Position numbers and translations under genes: made by a program. This document shows, piece after piece, positions 24,433 to 35,122 of a DNA stretch of 35,122 nucleotides (position 1 is the stretch's first letter; every line of letters begins with the position of its first letter). The DNA lies in contig PS015039.1 of the NCBI GenBank assembly GCA_048213135.1, positions 101,663 through 136,784 on the forward strand, read 5' to 3'. The DNA comes from Reclinomonas americana ATCC 50394. Its lineage: Eukaryota. The notes below the pieces were generated by a model. It had not been told where the DNA came from and searched no databases. It worked only from the letters and a program-made list of their open reading frames with translations.

Positions 24433-24770
24433 GTGTGCACCTCAGCGAGGCAATCGTCGCGCGTAGAGTTCATATTGCTGGTCACAGGGAGTGTGAGTGC
24501 GTGTGCGTGTGTNNNNNNNNNNNNNNNNNNNNATATGAGAGAGCACAGTGGACGCAACAATGTCGTACTCTGTATGTGTGTGTGTGTGTGGCAGAGTGTG
24601 AGAGTGAGAGACAAGAGTGTGCGCGCAACAGAGTCACCTTTTGTGTATGGATCACGCTGTGAGTGGTGCACGGCATGTGAGTGAACAGTGTGGCTATTTG
24701 CAGCAGCTCACACACACAGACGCACCTGTAAGGAGGTGAGAGGCAGAAGCAGCTCGGCAATGTCGTCCAT
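21117..24770 (-). CDS. COG8: Conserved oligomeric Golgi complex subunit 8 (Dor1 family); three exons lie on an inverted contig (21504-22050)
   Basis: Spliced translation includes SLADLELEPVRLENERKRL, LTELLEVPQLMDTCVRNQLY, LCGPLELPTCLK|LVNQLRK, LIFLKCR, LLEQCVYCATALARIGTDF and HSLAVCANGFLEALNDLR, all typical of COG8. Start ATG at 24770 (MDDIAELLL). Stop at 21117, or about 21072 if a last intron is spliced. Confidence 0.88.
22735..22950. repeat. Two diverged direct repeats of about 77 bp inside an unusually long purine-rich COG8 intron
   Basis: 22735-22811 and 22873-22950 share ...AGATGCTGAGGAATATGAAGA...TGCAGCACTGATGCAGGAAGAGA. Confidence 0.85.
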
Positions 24771-24839
24771 GTGAGTGAGAAGAAAAACGATTTTGAGATG
24801 TCCTGCTCAGTGTTGGCGATGGTTTGCAGGGTGTAAGAG

Positions 24840-25731
24840 ATGGCCACTGTGCAGGTGGTGAAGACTACGAACGTGCGTTGCGCCAAGGCGCGCACAGGAG
24901 AGAAGCAACGAACGTCGAGAACAATGTCGACGTCGGCTGGTCGCACTCTCAGAGCGCCTGCAAAGTCGAGCGTGCATGCTCACTACAGGCAACATGCTTA
25001 TGTAGACTAGCGGATCAGAACCGCAGCAGCTGTTATGTCTCGCACGCGACGTCGGGAAACGTCGCGCGCAGTGGCGTGTTCCTCGCTCGCTCGCTCTCTG
25101 CGTTACACGTACTCAAGCAGAGGTACAGGTACACGTCCCACTCTGCGCACAAGCGACGCACCTTGCAAACAACGACGGACATCACAACAACACGACAGGA
25201 CAACCATGGAATCGATGCGAGGTGATCGCACCCTCCCTCTCTCAAACTACTCTCCTCCTCTGCTCACGTGTATGTGCCAGGACGTATGGTGCGCATGCGC
25301 ATTGCCTATCAAGAAGGCGTGGCAGAGACCGCGCGATTCATTGACTCTGTTACGTGACACACGCTGACTGAGAGCCGCGCCGAGTGTCTCACATACGCGC
25401 GCGCACACACAGATGCCGCACTTTGACGCACAAGCAGAGGTAATAGATGAACACATGCAGCCTTTGTGCGTTTGTGCGACTCACTCGTGCGCGCGCAGGA
25501 GCTGGAGGAGTTTTTGCGTCACAGCCCGGCCACACCTGTCAAGTTCATCGGGTCGCCCAAGTTGCGCAACACACACACACACACTGTGACAGAGACAGAG
25601 ACACACACGGGCACTCAATTCTCTCTCTCTCTCCGCACAGGCGACTTCACCAGCAGCAGCCTTCGACACCTGCCGGACACGATCTCAATGCCTCGTTTGA
25701 CTCGTCGCCCATGCAGCAGAGACCCGCGTGA
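24840..25731 (+). CDS. Small multi-exon hypothetical protein
   Basis: Phase-consistent GT-AG chain: ...TTMESMR|GRMVRMRIAYQEGVAETARFIDS|MPHFDAQAE|ELEEFLRHSPATPVKFIGSPK|RLHQQQ...QQRPA*. The first exons are uncertain and I recognise no family. Confidence 0.55.
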
Positions 25732-25828
25732 CGACATGCGAGGCAAAATGTATTAACTTTCTCTCTCTCTGTTCAACAACACTACACACAAAATCAAGCA
25801 GTCGACTTGCGCGCGCACGGGGGTGCGC

Positions 25829-26346
25829 TTACTGCCGCGGAGGCAGGTACATGGGATCGGAGCACTTTTGAGACTCCTCAATGATGAGCCCGACGCACTC
25901 GGTCCACTGTCAAGGGAGTGAGACGACACGAGGCGAGGAAAGAGACAGCGTGCATGCACAAGAACGCAACGTTCATGTTGGCATCGACGCAGACCTCGAC
26001 CGAGTCGAGCATCAGCTGATCGTTGAACTTGGTGCAGCTCAGTGCCGGCGCGTAGCCCGTCTTGGCCTTGAGCGCGCTGATTACAGCGTCCACAGACACC
26101 GCTACACGTACGTACAATGAGAGGATGCACAAGAGGCCGCAAGACAACAACAACAACAAACGCAACGAGTGTCGTTACTGGCCACAATGCCCGCATCCTG
26201 CAGCGCCTGCTCCGCATTGAGGCTCTCACGCAGCCGCAGCGTGCCCTGGAAGAACGTCTGCTCGCTGGTGATGCTCGGCGCCTGTCCATTCATCGCACAC
26301 GTGCCGTGCTTCTCTGTGATCACACACAAAGATACAAATAGGTGAG

Positions 26347-26380
<34 letters not shown>

Positions 26381-27393
26381 CAGAGGCTCGGAAACACGGC
26401 AACAATCAGTTCNNNNNNNNNNNNNNNNNNNNNNNNNNNNNNNNNNNNNNNNNNNNNNNNNNNNNNNNNNNNNNNNNNNNNNNNNNNNNNNNNNNNNNNN
26501 NNNNNNNNNNNNNNNNNNNNNNNNNNNNNNNNNNNNNNNNNNNNNNNNNNNNNNNNNNNNNNNNNNNNNNNNNNNNNNNNNNNNNNNNNNNNNNNNNNNN
26601 NNNNNNNNNNNNNNNNNNNNNNNNNNNNNNNNNNNNNNNNNNNNTGCACAGAACAAGTCATGAGCTTCCTCTCACAGAACTGCATGGCATTTAACAGTTA
26701 CGTCACCAGCAGTGCCAGTGTTCTGCAGGTTGGACCACTCGGCCAGCAGCTGGTTGTAAATGCCGGCAATCTATGCAGCAGAGAGATGCAAAGATTCTCA
26801 GCCAACCCTGTGAACGACCCCCCAGAGGCACAAAGAAGAGGTTAACCTCCGAGTAGTTGAACGGGTAGTCCTTGTTGCAGAAGGACGGGCTGTGTGTGCA
26901 CGCGCAAGTGTCAGAGAGTGTGTGTGACAGAGTGCGAGAGAGGGGAGTTGCGCGCAACTATGACCCATCATTGCGGTTCGGCCACAGACCTAGCACGCAC
27001 ACACACAGTGAGCAACACACAGAGCACAACGCACGCGCGAGCAAGTATGTATACCATGCAAGTTGAATGTTCTGCGCGAGGTGCATGAGCCACTGATGCA
27101 CTTGTGCACAAAAAAAAGCATCTCTTTCACATACTCACGTCGAGTTGCTCGGCAGCTGATAGTTGGCAGCGAGGCACACAGTCGGCGCATACCGGTCCAC
27201 CAGGATCATATAATCCCACGACGACTGAGAGAGAGTCAGTCGGAGGAACTTTGTGTGTGCGTGAGTGAGTGTGAGAGAACGCAACATCGTCGCGCACGCC
27301 CCACTTTTGGGCGGTTCCGCGCAGCCGCACACCAGTGGCTCCCAGCGCCAACACGCTCACCACAAGCAGAGCAGCAACAAAGGCAACGCGCAT
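25829..27393 (-). CDS. Secreted/lysosomal ribonuclease T2 family protein; one exon probably lost in gap 26413-26644
   Basis: Signal peptide MRVAFVAALLVVSVLALG, WDYMILV, CAS-I TFNLH|GLWPNRNDGSYPSFC, CAS-II KHGTC, and C-terminal PALSC...LDSVEVCVD. Stop TAA at 25829-25831. Confidence 0.9.
27055..27071 (-). other. 17-nt microexon of RNase T2 encoding TFNLH(G), including the CAS-I catalytic His
   Basis: CGCGCAG acceptor and GTATAC donor. Inclusion joins NST to GLWPN in frame. Confidence 0.75.
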
Positions 27394-27490
27394 GAGCAAA
27401 GAAAAGCGTGTGTTTGAGGACTATTGAGGACAGTGGCTCGCTGGCGCGAAAAACACGCGCTATCTTTGTGTGTGGTGTGTGTGAGCTCTC
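27394..27490. promoter_or_regulatory. Putative bidirectional promoter between RNase T2 and the BEACH gene
   Basis: 97 nt between the divergent ATGs; contains TGGCGCGAAAAA. Confidence 0.45.
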
Positions 27491-30400
27491 ATGAGTCGTC
27501 GCAACACTGCGTCGTCGAGCAGTGGCGGTGCTGCTGCGCCCGGCTCCTCTGTTGCAGCAGAGTTGCGTGACAGAGAGGAAGAGAGAGTGAGATGGCGCGC
27601 AATGACGCACTCTTTTGCTTTCTCTCTGGTCTCATGTGTGCGTGTGCGTGCGTGTGTTTCCCTCTCCCTCTCTGTGCGCCCGTCTTGCTTTGTTGTTGCT
27701 GCTTGCTTTCGCGGCGAGGTCGTGTGGAATTGAGCCTGATGCACTTGTCACAGGAATGAGTACAGATTACGTGAGCTGTGGGCGGAGACCAGTCGGCTGC
27801 CTGCCAACAGCAAAGTCGCGTTCCATGCGCTCTCTCACTCTCTGTCTTTCTCTCTCTCGCTCACCACCCAGTGGTCACGCAGGATCGTGCCAAGAAGTTG
27901 CTGGAGATTCTCGACTTGTTCCCCAGTGTGTGTCGCTCGTGTAGCGATCGCACGTTTCTGTACATGTTGCGTCCTCTCATGCCTGTCTGTGTGTGACGTA
28001 CACACAGACTCATCTCGCGCGCGTAGCTTTGGAGACGGAGTGCAATTCGCCACCACATGCGCCACACGATTCACGCGCGAGGTGGAGAGTCGAATCGGGT
28101 CGCATGCCGAGTCGCCGCAATCGCAGCTGGCCATGGTCAGCTGGTTGTTGGGCTCCGATGGCGTCGGCAGCCTGCTGCTGTCCACGATGGTGGTGCTGTC
28201 GCGTGATATGCGTCTGTTGAAGGAGTTGGTCGACAATCACGTGCCGTCGGTGCTCGTCACCTTGCTGCGCACGATGCTGGTGTTGCCCGGTGACTTGGTC
28301 GCCGCGTGTGCCTCTAGTCGATTCCCCGGTGCGTCCCGTCCACTCCTCCCCTCTCTGAGTGGTGCAGATGGGCATGCTCACACGCACGCACACAGATCCG
28401 AGCACGCAGGTGGCACTCATTGTGCAGGAGACGGAAACCATCCTCACACAGTCGCTCTCGGTGCCGTCGATTTTCCAAGACCTCTCGCGACACGACAGCA
28501 TCTCGGGCCTGTGGCAAGTGTTTCTGTCGTCAGAGAAGAAGTCATCGACCCACTCGGCTGGTGCCGCGTCGCGCGTGTTGGTCGCCGTCGGGCGCAGTCG
28601 TATGATGCAACCGAATGTGGTCGATGCGATTCGCCGCAAGGTTCTCCGCGCCTTGTTATTGTTGTTGTTGCTACGGCACCTGGCTGTGACTCACGCGCCG
28701 CGGTGATGCGCAGTCGTTTGTGGAGGTGTTCTTGACTCGTGTCGACCAAGCGCGTGCCAACTGGGAGAACGCCTTGTATGCGCTGCAGGCCCTGATTGGC
28801 GTCGTCAGGGTGCGTTCCCTCATTCATGTATGTGGAGGCTTGTGTGTGCATGAGTGCGTCCTGACTACGTTCGTCTGCCGGCAGGGCACGATTCGCATCA
28901 ATTCATCGCTGCTCAACGAGTTCCTCAACAAGGACGGTTTCAATGTGGTGAAGCGTCTCATTTTGCGACTGGAGAATGACTTGCAGCTGGACGATCCGGA
29001 GAGCGATGGTTTCCGCATCATGGTGAGGCGGGCGAGCATTCGCCACTCTTTGCGCAGGCCGCTCACGAGTGTTGGTGTGGCTCGTGCGCACAGAATTCGT
29101 TCTTGGACCAGGCGGTGGAGTTGTCGTTTTTTGGCGAAAGTGAACTCGATCCGAGTATGACGGTCGATAGCACGGCATTCATCTCGGCTGGTGGAGGTAG
29201 TGTGCATTTTGTGAAGCGGTTGTGCCGCTGCAACTTTGTGTGACACTTGTGTCTCGTGTGTGTGTGCCAGAACGCATTCGGAGTCTGGAGGGCTTCCAGA
29301 CACTGTGCAGCCTGTTCATGGAGTCGAAAAAGATGGAGACACAGACGCTGATTCTGGAAAAGATGATTCACCTGTTCGCCTCGAACGGCTGGAACTACTT
29401 TATCGTGCATCATCTGCACGTGCTGACGCTGATTATCCGTGACTTGAACCGGTTCCACGATCAAGTGCAGGTCTGCATGTTTTTTCGTAGTGCAAGTGTG
29501 GCGTGACTGTTTGAGTGCATGCTGACGCTCTCGCGGGTGGCGCAGATGTCGGTGATCAAGATTGTCGAGTACATTGTCACGGGTCTCAATTTCGTACCCG
29601 AGGAGGAACTCAGCACCATGCTGCTCCTCTTTATGGGTGCGTGCCCGTCTGTTTTGTGATGTCCGCATTTCCCTTGTCGTCGTTGCTCATCACACGCGTG
29701 CGTGCACGTAGTCCCCATTTCGTCGACTCTGAGTGCACGCGTCTTCAACACCTTCCTCAAGCTGCTCAACTTTGACGATCAATTCCGCTTTGTGCTACGC
29801 GATGCCGGTCTCATTGAGGTGACGCTGACACTGCTGCGTGGCTACGACGACCAGCAGCAGCGACCAACTGCCGACATGAGCGAGCGGCCAGTGGCACACG
29901 CCTCAGTGGTGCGTGTTCCCTCCCTGTTCACGTCCGGGTGGTGGTGGTGGCTATTGAGAATGGCTGATTCGTACCTTGCGTGCAGGTGCCACTGATGCTC
30001 GACATGCTGGCGACCATGATTGAGTTTGCGCCCGACATTGGCAAGGCCTTCCGTGAAGTCGGAGGCGTGACCGTGGTGTCGGGATTGCTCAAGTACCCGC
30101 AGGTGTGTTCCGCCATTGAGTTACGCCGAAGCCACCTTTTTGCACTGCAATGACGCACACGTTCTCTACAGTTCCGACCAAACTGTCTGCGCGTCTTGTC
30201 CAAGCTCATGGCCGACAATGAGCAGCTGGAGCAAACGGACATTGTGCAGCTCATTGAGCAGTTGCAGATGAACCAGGATCTGACACTGAAGCGTGACGTG
30301 TTTTTGGGGGTGCGAAAGATGATTGTCGCCAACCCGAACATCAAGGACGCGTTCAGGGAACACGGTTCGTGTGTCTCTTGCGAGAGAGGAGACAGTATGT

Positions 30401-33400
30401 GCGACAGTTGGTTGACCGCCGAACACAGAGGGCTTTGCGGCCGCGCTGACCAGCATCATGAGCCTCTCCAGTGTGGTCTCACAAGCCATTGCCAACAGCG
30501 ATGACGTGGTGCTGGACCAGGCGGTGGAGATGTTTGCGTCATTGGCGCGGTGCCTCGGAGCTGCACTGTCGGGTCACATGCGCAATCAGATGTACCTGGA
30601 GACGAGTTGCGTGGTTTCGCTGACGGCTCTAATTGCTCCACCTGCTCAATTTTCCGTTTTATCTGCGCAAGGCGAATCGGCCTTTGCCGATGCCGTGTCG
30701 TGCACGTGCCTCTTCAGCACATCGCGTCGTGATCACGCCATCCAGGCGCTCCTCGACATGGTCCTCGATCAAGACGTATCGACGGCGTTTGCCACGGTCG
30801 CCGGCTTCAAGCTTGCCGACGATCATGAAGGTGCGTTTCTGGTGCAGGAAAAAGGAGAACTTGTGCCGGTATCGTCACTGATCCGTGCCTATTCCTTTGC
30901 TCTGCAGTGCGCAACGAGGGCACTCTGCGACTCTTCCTGAAGATCATGCAAGAGCAAGACGAGGCGATGAAGCATCGCCTTGTGCAGGTGTTTTTGCTGC
31001 TGGCCAACAACCGCTGGAACTTGCACATGTTTGCTCGTGTGGGCATGGTCGACTTCCTCGTGTTTGTCTTTGCCGAGGCACTCAAGGTGGCGGAGAGCGA
31101 CGTGGCGCGCGACGTGCTGCGTCTCATTCAGCTGATCGGCTCGCACTCGTTCTCGATTTCTGGCTTCAAGAAGTACCTGGCGCTGATGAAGGACGACGCT
31201 CACTCGATCGAGCTGCTGCGCACACTCGTCAGCATTGGCGACGACAATGACGGCACCTCGTTTGTCAATGTTGCGCGCGCGCACCACCTGTTTTTCCAAA
31301 TCGTGGACGATGCGTGTGCTGACTTGACGAATTATCTATTTACTAGCTGGAGCCAAAGGACTGGCTTCTGATTCCCGATCTCGGCAGCCGAGTGTGGCCA
31401 CCCAAGAATGGCTACACGTACACGTGTTGGGTGTCGTACTCGCACCGCTTCAATCAATCCGTAACCGAGTTTCGTGAGACCCTCAGTGAGTGCTGACGAC
31501 CTGGTTACTCACTCGCTTGTGCGCGCAGCGGCGACCGCTCGGCAACGAGCCCTGTGGCCACCACGGTGCAGGATCCGTTCCAGAATGTGGTGCTGTTGAG
31601 GCTCTTCTCCAACGACGGGCGTTCGTATCTCGAGGTCTTTCTGTCTGTGTGCGTGCGTGTTGTCAAATATGTTTCTTTGCCTCTGATTGTCGTCGTCGTG
31701 CAGGTGGCGCTCTCGCCCAGTGGCCACATCGACATTATGACAAACGTGCGACAGGAGGCTCACCGCTTCCCGGGGTTGTCGCTGGAGGAGAACACGTGGC
31801 ACCACGTGGCGTTGACGCACGCATACAACCGCATTCAGAGCTCGGTGGTCACGCTGTATCTGGACGGGCAGTTTGTGGCCACTGGCAAGGTCACGTACCC
31901 GGCGTCCTCCAATTCCGCTCTCTCGGCGTACATTGGTGAGCGCTGTCGCTGTAGGGGGTTTTGCCACTCTTCCTCTGCTTGGTCTCACCGCGACGCTCCA
32001 CAGCTCTGCGCAAGTCCGTCGGGCGTGCTCACATGGATGTCTCGTGCAAGTTCGGCCCGTGTCTGCTGCTGGAAGACTGCCTGTCGGGCGCCAATGTTGC
32101 CTCGGTGTACGCGGCTGGACCACGGTACGTCGGCTACCTGCAAGGCCGACTGGAGGAGACACCGAGTGCCGTCGACCCGATTCTCACACCGGGCATGCTG
32201 GAGCTCGCACAACACATGGAGCTCGGTAGTGAGCAGTCGCACTTTGCCACTTCGTTCCACCAGATGATGGCGGTAGCGAGGCCGTTGGTGCCGCCGGAGA
32301 AGATCATCTTTGCCTTCAACAGCCGCTACGTGGGTACTCGGCAGGATGAGCGCGCTGCTGGCTCTTCACGGTTTGATTCGCCTACTACCTCACGTTTACT
32401 CTGTTTGGTTCGCTGATTCTCTTTTTTTGAGTCAGTGAGGGCCTCCAGTCGTTCTTGATGAACATGGCATCGGCTCAGCCGCCCCAGCTCCAAGCTTTGC
32501 TGGAGGGCCGTGCACACATCTGCTCCGCTGTGTCGTTGTCCATGTTGGTGCGCACCGCGCACGGCCTGATTGCGTCGCTGTACTTTGTCGATCGAGCCAA
32601 GGTGAGATCGTGTTGCGGTGCGATCTGTGTGCGCCCCTTTTGTTGACCTGCCTAACACAATGATGGGGTGCAGACGCGTGAGGCATTGGATCTGGCTCTC
32701 GGCTTCTTGTGCAACCTGCTCGACTCGTCGTACAGCAACGCCGACGAGTTTGCCCGCATGCACGGCTACGAGATTCTCGGCAACCTGTTGCGCAAGCAGA
32801 GTTACCTGTTCACCGAGAACACGTTGACCAAGATTTTCCGCTTGGTCCTCGGCGTCACTGAACGGCGGCGTGAGGTGCGGGGAAAATGAGAGACGCCGCT
32901 GTTCATGTTTCTGGCCGCTGAATTTGCAGGTCTGTGTCTGCGCAGATTGTCGGCAACATGTACGCCGTGCGCTACCTGCTGCTGGACAGCTCCCTGTGGA
33001 AGTTGACGAGTCCCGAATTCCAGTGCCATCTGTACGATCGTGTGCTAGCCATGGTGCTGCGAAGCCCGTTTGGCACCATCAATGCTGTGCGCTTGCGTCG
33101 ACAGCGTTGCGTTCTACCACCCATTTTGTTGTTGCTGTTGTGGTTGTGTTTTCGTTTTTTGTGCTGACTGATGCGCGTTATGCATCGTGTAGGCATTGTG
33201 GAGCACGTGCTGAGCGTGCTCAGTTCGGGAGTCACGATTGAGCTCGCACAGCATGCCATTGCCGTGTTGCAGGCCGTACTGAGTCGCAATTTGGCCAACG
33301 ACGACGTGGAGGTTTGGAGTGTCACCGCTATTCTCCCTCATCATTATCTCAAGTGCACTCATCCTTTCTCGCCATCTCCTATCTGGTAGGCGGTGTGGAA

Positions 33401-35122
33401 TTTCTTGTTGACCACCGTGTCGAGCTCGGCCGCCGGCAACGAGGATGTGGTGGCCAGAGGTGAGTTGGAGCATTATCATTCGTCGACACACGTTGTCACT
33501 CACATGTATGCACTGGACACTGCAGTTGTATCGTCCACCAGTGTGCGGAGGCGTCCGTCCATGGCCGTCCGCTCTCGTTGCGTGTGGCACCATAGTTTAA
33601 TGTCCTTCTGGTGTTCGCGGCGCTGACGCACACACGCGCGCTCCCCGTGTCTACAGATTTTGTGCAGACACACACTGACATTATCCGCAATCTGGTGCTC
33701 CAAATGCTGCTCAACTTGGTCCACGGTCCGGAGCGTGATCGCATCTTACCGGCCCTCGCGCATGTTGCGTTTGTACATTCTCCGCTGGTTTTTAACAAAA
33801 ATGCTGATAGTGGTGGTGGGGCGTGCGACAGACGGCGGAACCGTCGTGGTTCTTCTTGCTGATCGACAAGCGGCTGCACCCGGTGTCCGTGTCGCTGACG
33901 TTCCGCATTCTCACGGAGCTCATGATCCACCAACCTTCGTACCTTACCTCGTTCCGCAACGTGTTTGGGTGCGTCCGCTGTGCAGTGTAGTGATGTAGAG
34001 TGCTGGAGTTCGTGACTGAATTGGTTGAGATGGGCGGCAGCTTTGACATTCTGGCCGACGCCCTGGAGACGTTTGCCAACCAGGACGAAATTTACCACAC
34101 GCTCTTTTGCTTGGCGCTGGGTCATGACACTCGAAAGACGGCCGATCATCGGCAGCTGACCTTGGAGGACCTGGTGGAGGACTTTGATGTTGCGTGCACG
34201 CGCATGCATGCATGCCTTTTCGTGTGGATGCACAGATGACGCTGACGCGTTTGCTTTGTTTTGGACAGGGTCAGCACAACCGTGTGTATTGCCGCGAGGC
34301 ACTCAGCACCCTTCTGCAAGTTCTGCGCAGCCACTGCACCACGGACCACCACAGTTTCTTGTGGCCGCCGATCAACACGCGCAGATACTTTGAGGACGTG
34401 GACGCGGCCGCCAGAAAGGTGCGAGACAACAGAATTACGCTTGTGTTTTGCCGTTCCTCACTTGCGGTGCAGGAGGCCAAGAAAATGGTGGTCCCGCGGC
34501 CAGTTAGCCGACGCTGGGCACTGCTCCGAAATGTGGTCGCGGCGGTGTTTGCCTTGCGCTCTCTGCTGTTGCGTCGGTGGAGCTTGTGTTCTCCGATGAG
34601 ATGTGACGCTCATTGTGGTGTTTGCGGCACAGAACCAAACGCGCGGACTTGGGCATGCTGTCGCCCGGCTCGCCGCCGTCCTCCATCTTCGCCACCACTC
34701 TGTTCGGCTCGTCCCTCGCACAGCGTCCGAGTGAGCTTTCACCATCTCCGGCTCCCGATGACGATGTGTTTGGGTGGGCGCCGGAGGGAGGCGATCCGCA
34801 GCCCCCGCTCCGAACCGGAGCTGTCAACGAGGCGACATTGCGCTCACTCCGCTACGGCTCCCTCAACACCACGCTCGTGCAATTCGTTCTCTGGCTCTTC
34901 CGGCACAGTGAGGAGGTGAAGACGGCGTGCAGAAAACCTGCATTCCTCGAGTTGGTGGTGGAGGTGAGTGCGGCGCGCAGTCATGGCGTTGGATGTGAAC
35001 AAAATACTGACCTGGTGGCAGCTCCTCTTTGCGCGCAACAATGTGGTCGCTCGGCCTCACGAGTTATCTCGTCGTTCGTCGGTGGCTCGCTCGGTGTGTA
35101 TGCAAATTGGGTTCTTGCACGT
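27491..35122 (+). CDS. N-terminal part of a large BEACH-domain protein (WDFY3/Alfy/LvsA-like); ARM-like solenoid plus ConA/LamG-like domain; continues beyond the window
   Basis: FNTFLKLLNFDDQFRFVLRDAGLIEV, KDAFREHG, then ConA-like motifs WPPKNGYTYTCWV, WHHVALTH, TLYLDGQ, YAAGPRYVG and PEKIIF, and EFARMHGYEILGNLL. The BEACH domain itself is not in the window. Confidence 0.8.

Noticed and set aside
1-35122. Alternative genetic code, U12/AT-AC introns, introner-like repeated introns, CRISPR arrays, transposases, tRNA/rRNA
   Set aside because: In-frame stops are explained by GT/GC-AG introns or by local errors near gaps. I saw no RTATCCTT donors, introns share no body similarity by eye, and I recognised no repeat-spacer array, transposase or structural RNA. 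Covariance-model searches were not run.

Overview
Compact, intron-dense genomic DNA from a microbial eukaryote (GC-rich, standard code, introns mostly about 50-100 nt, GT/CA microsatellites, five N-gaps). Manual splicing gives these genes in order: (1) a 5'-truncated TmcB-like multi-pass membrane protein with PAS and class III cyclase domains (+); (2) an ARM-repeat plus Neuralized (NHR) protein (-); (3) Gemin5 (+); (4) a GARP/G2-like Myb transcription factor (-), with a Pro-rich ORF upstream; (5) COG8 (-), whose C-terminal exons lie partly on an inverted gap-flanked contig; (6) a small hypothetical gene (+); (7) RNase T2 (-); (8) the 5' part of a WDFY3/Alfy/LvsA-like BEACH protein (+). The main signal is in the splicing code. 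About 30 of the roughly 100 introns I reconstructed use an atypical donor, GTTGCG or GTTNNG, with G at +6 instead of +5, and none has an exonic G at -1. This looks like a +1-shifted or bulged copy of the ordinary G|GTGCG donor used at very high frequency. All gene models were built by eye from reading frame and remembered family motifs, without RNA data or database searches.
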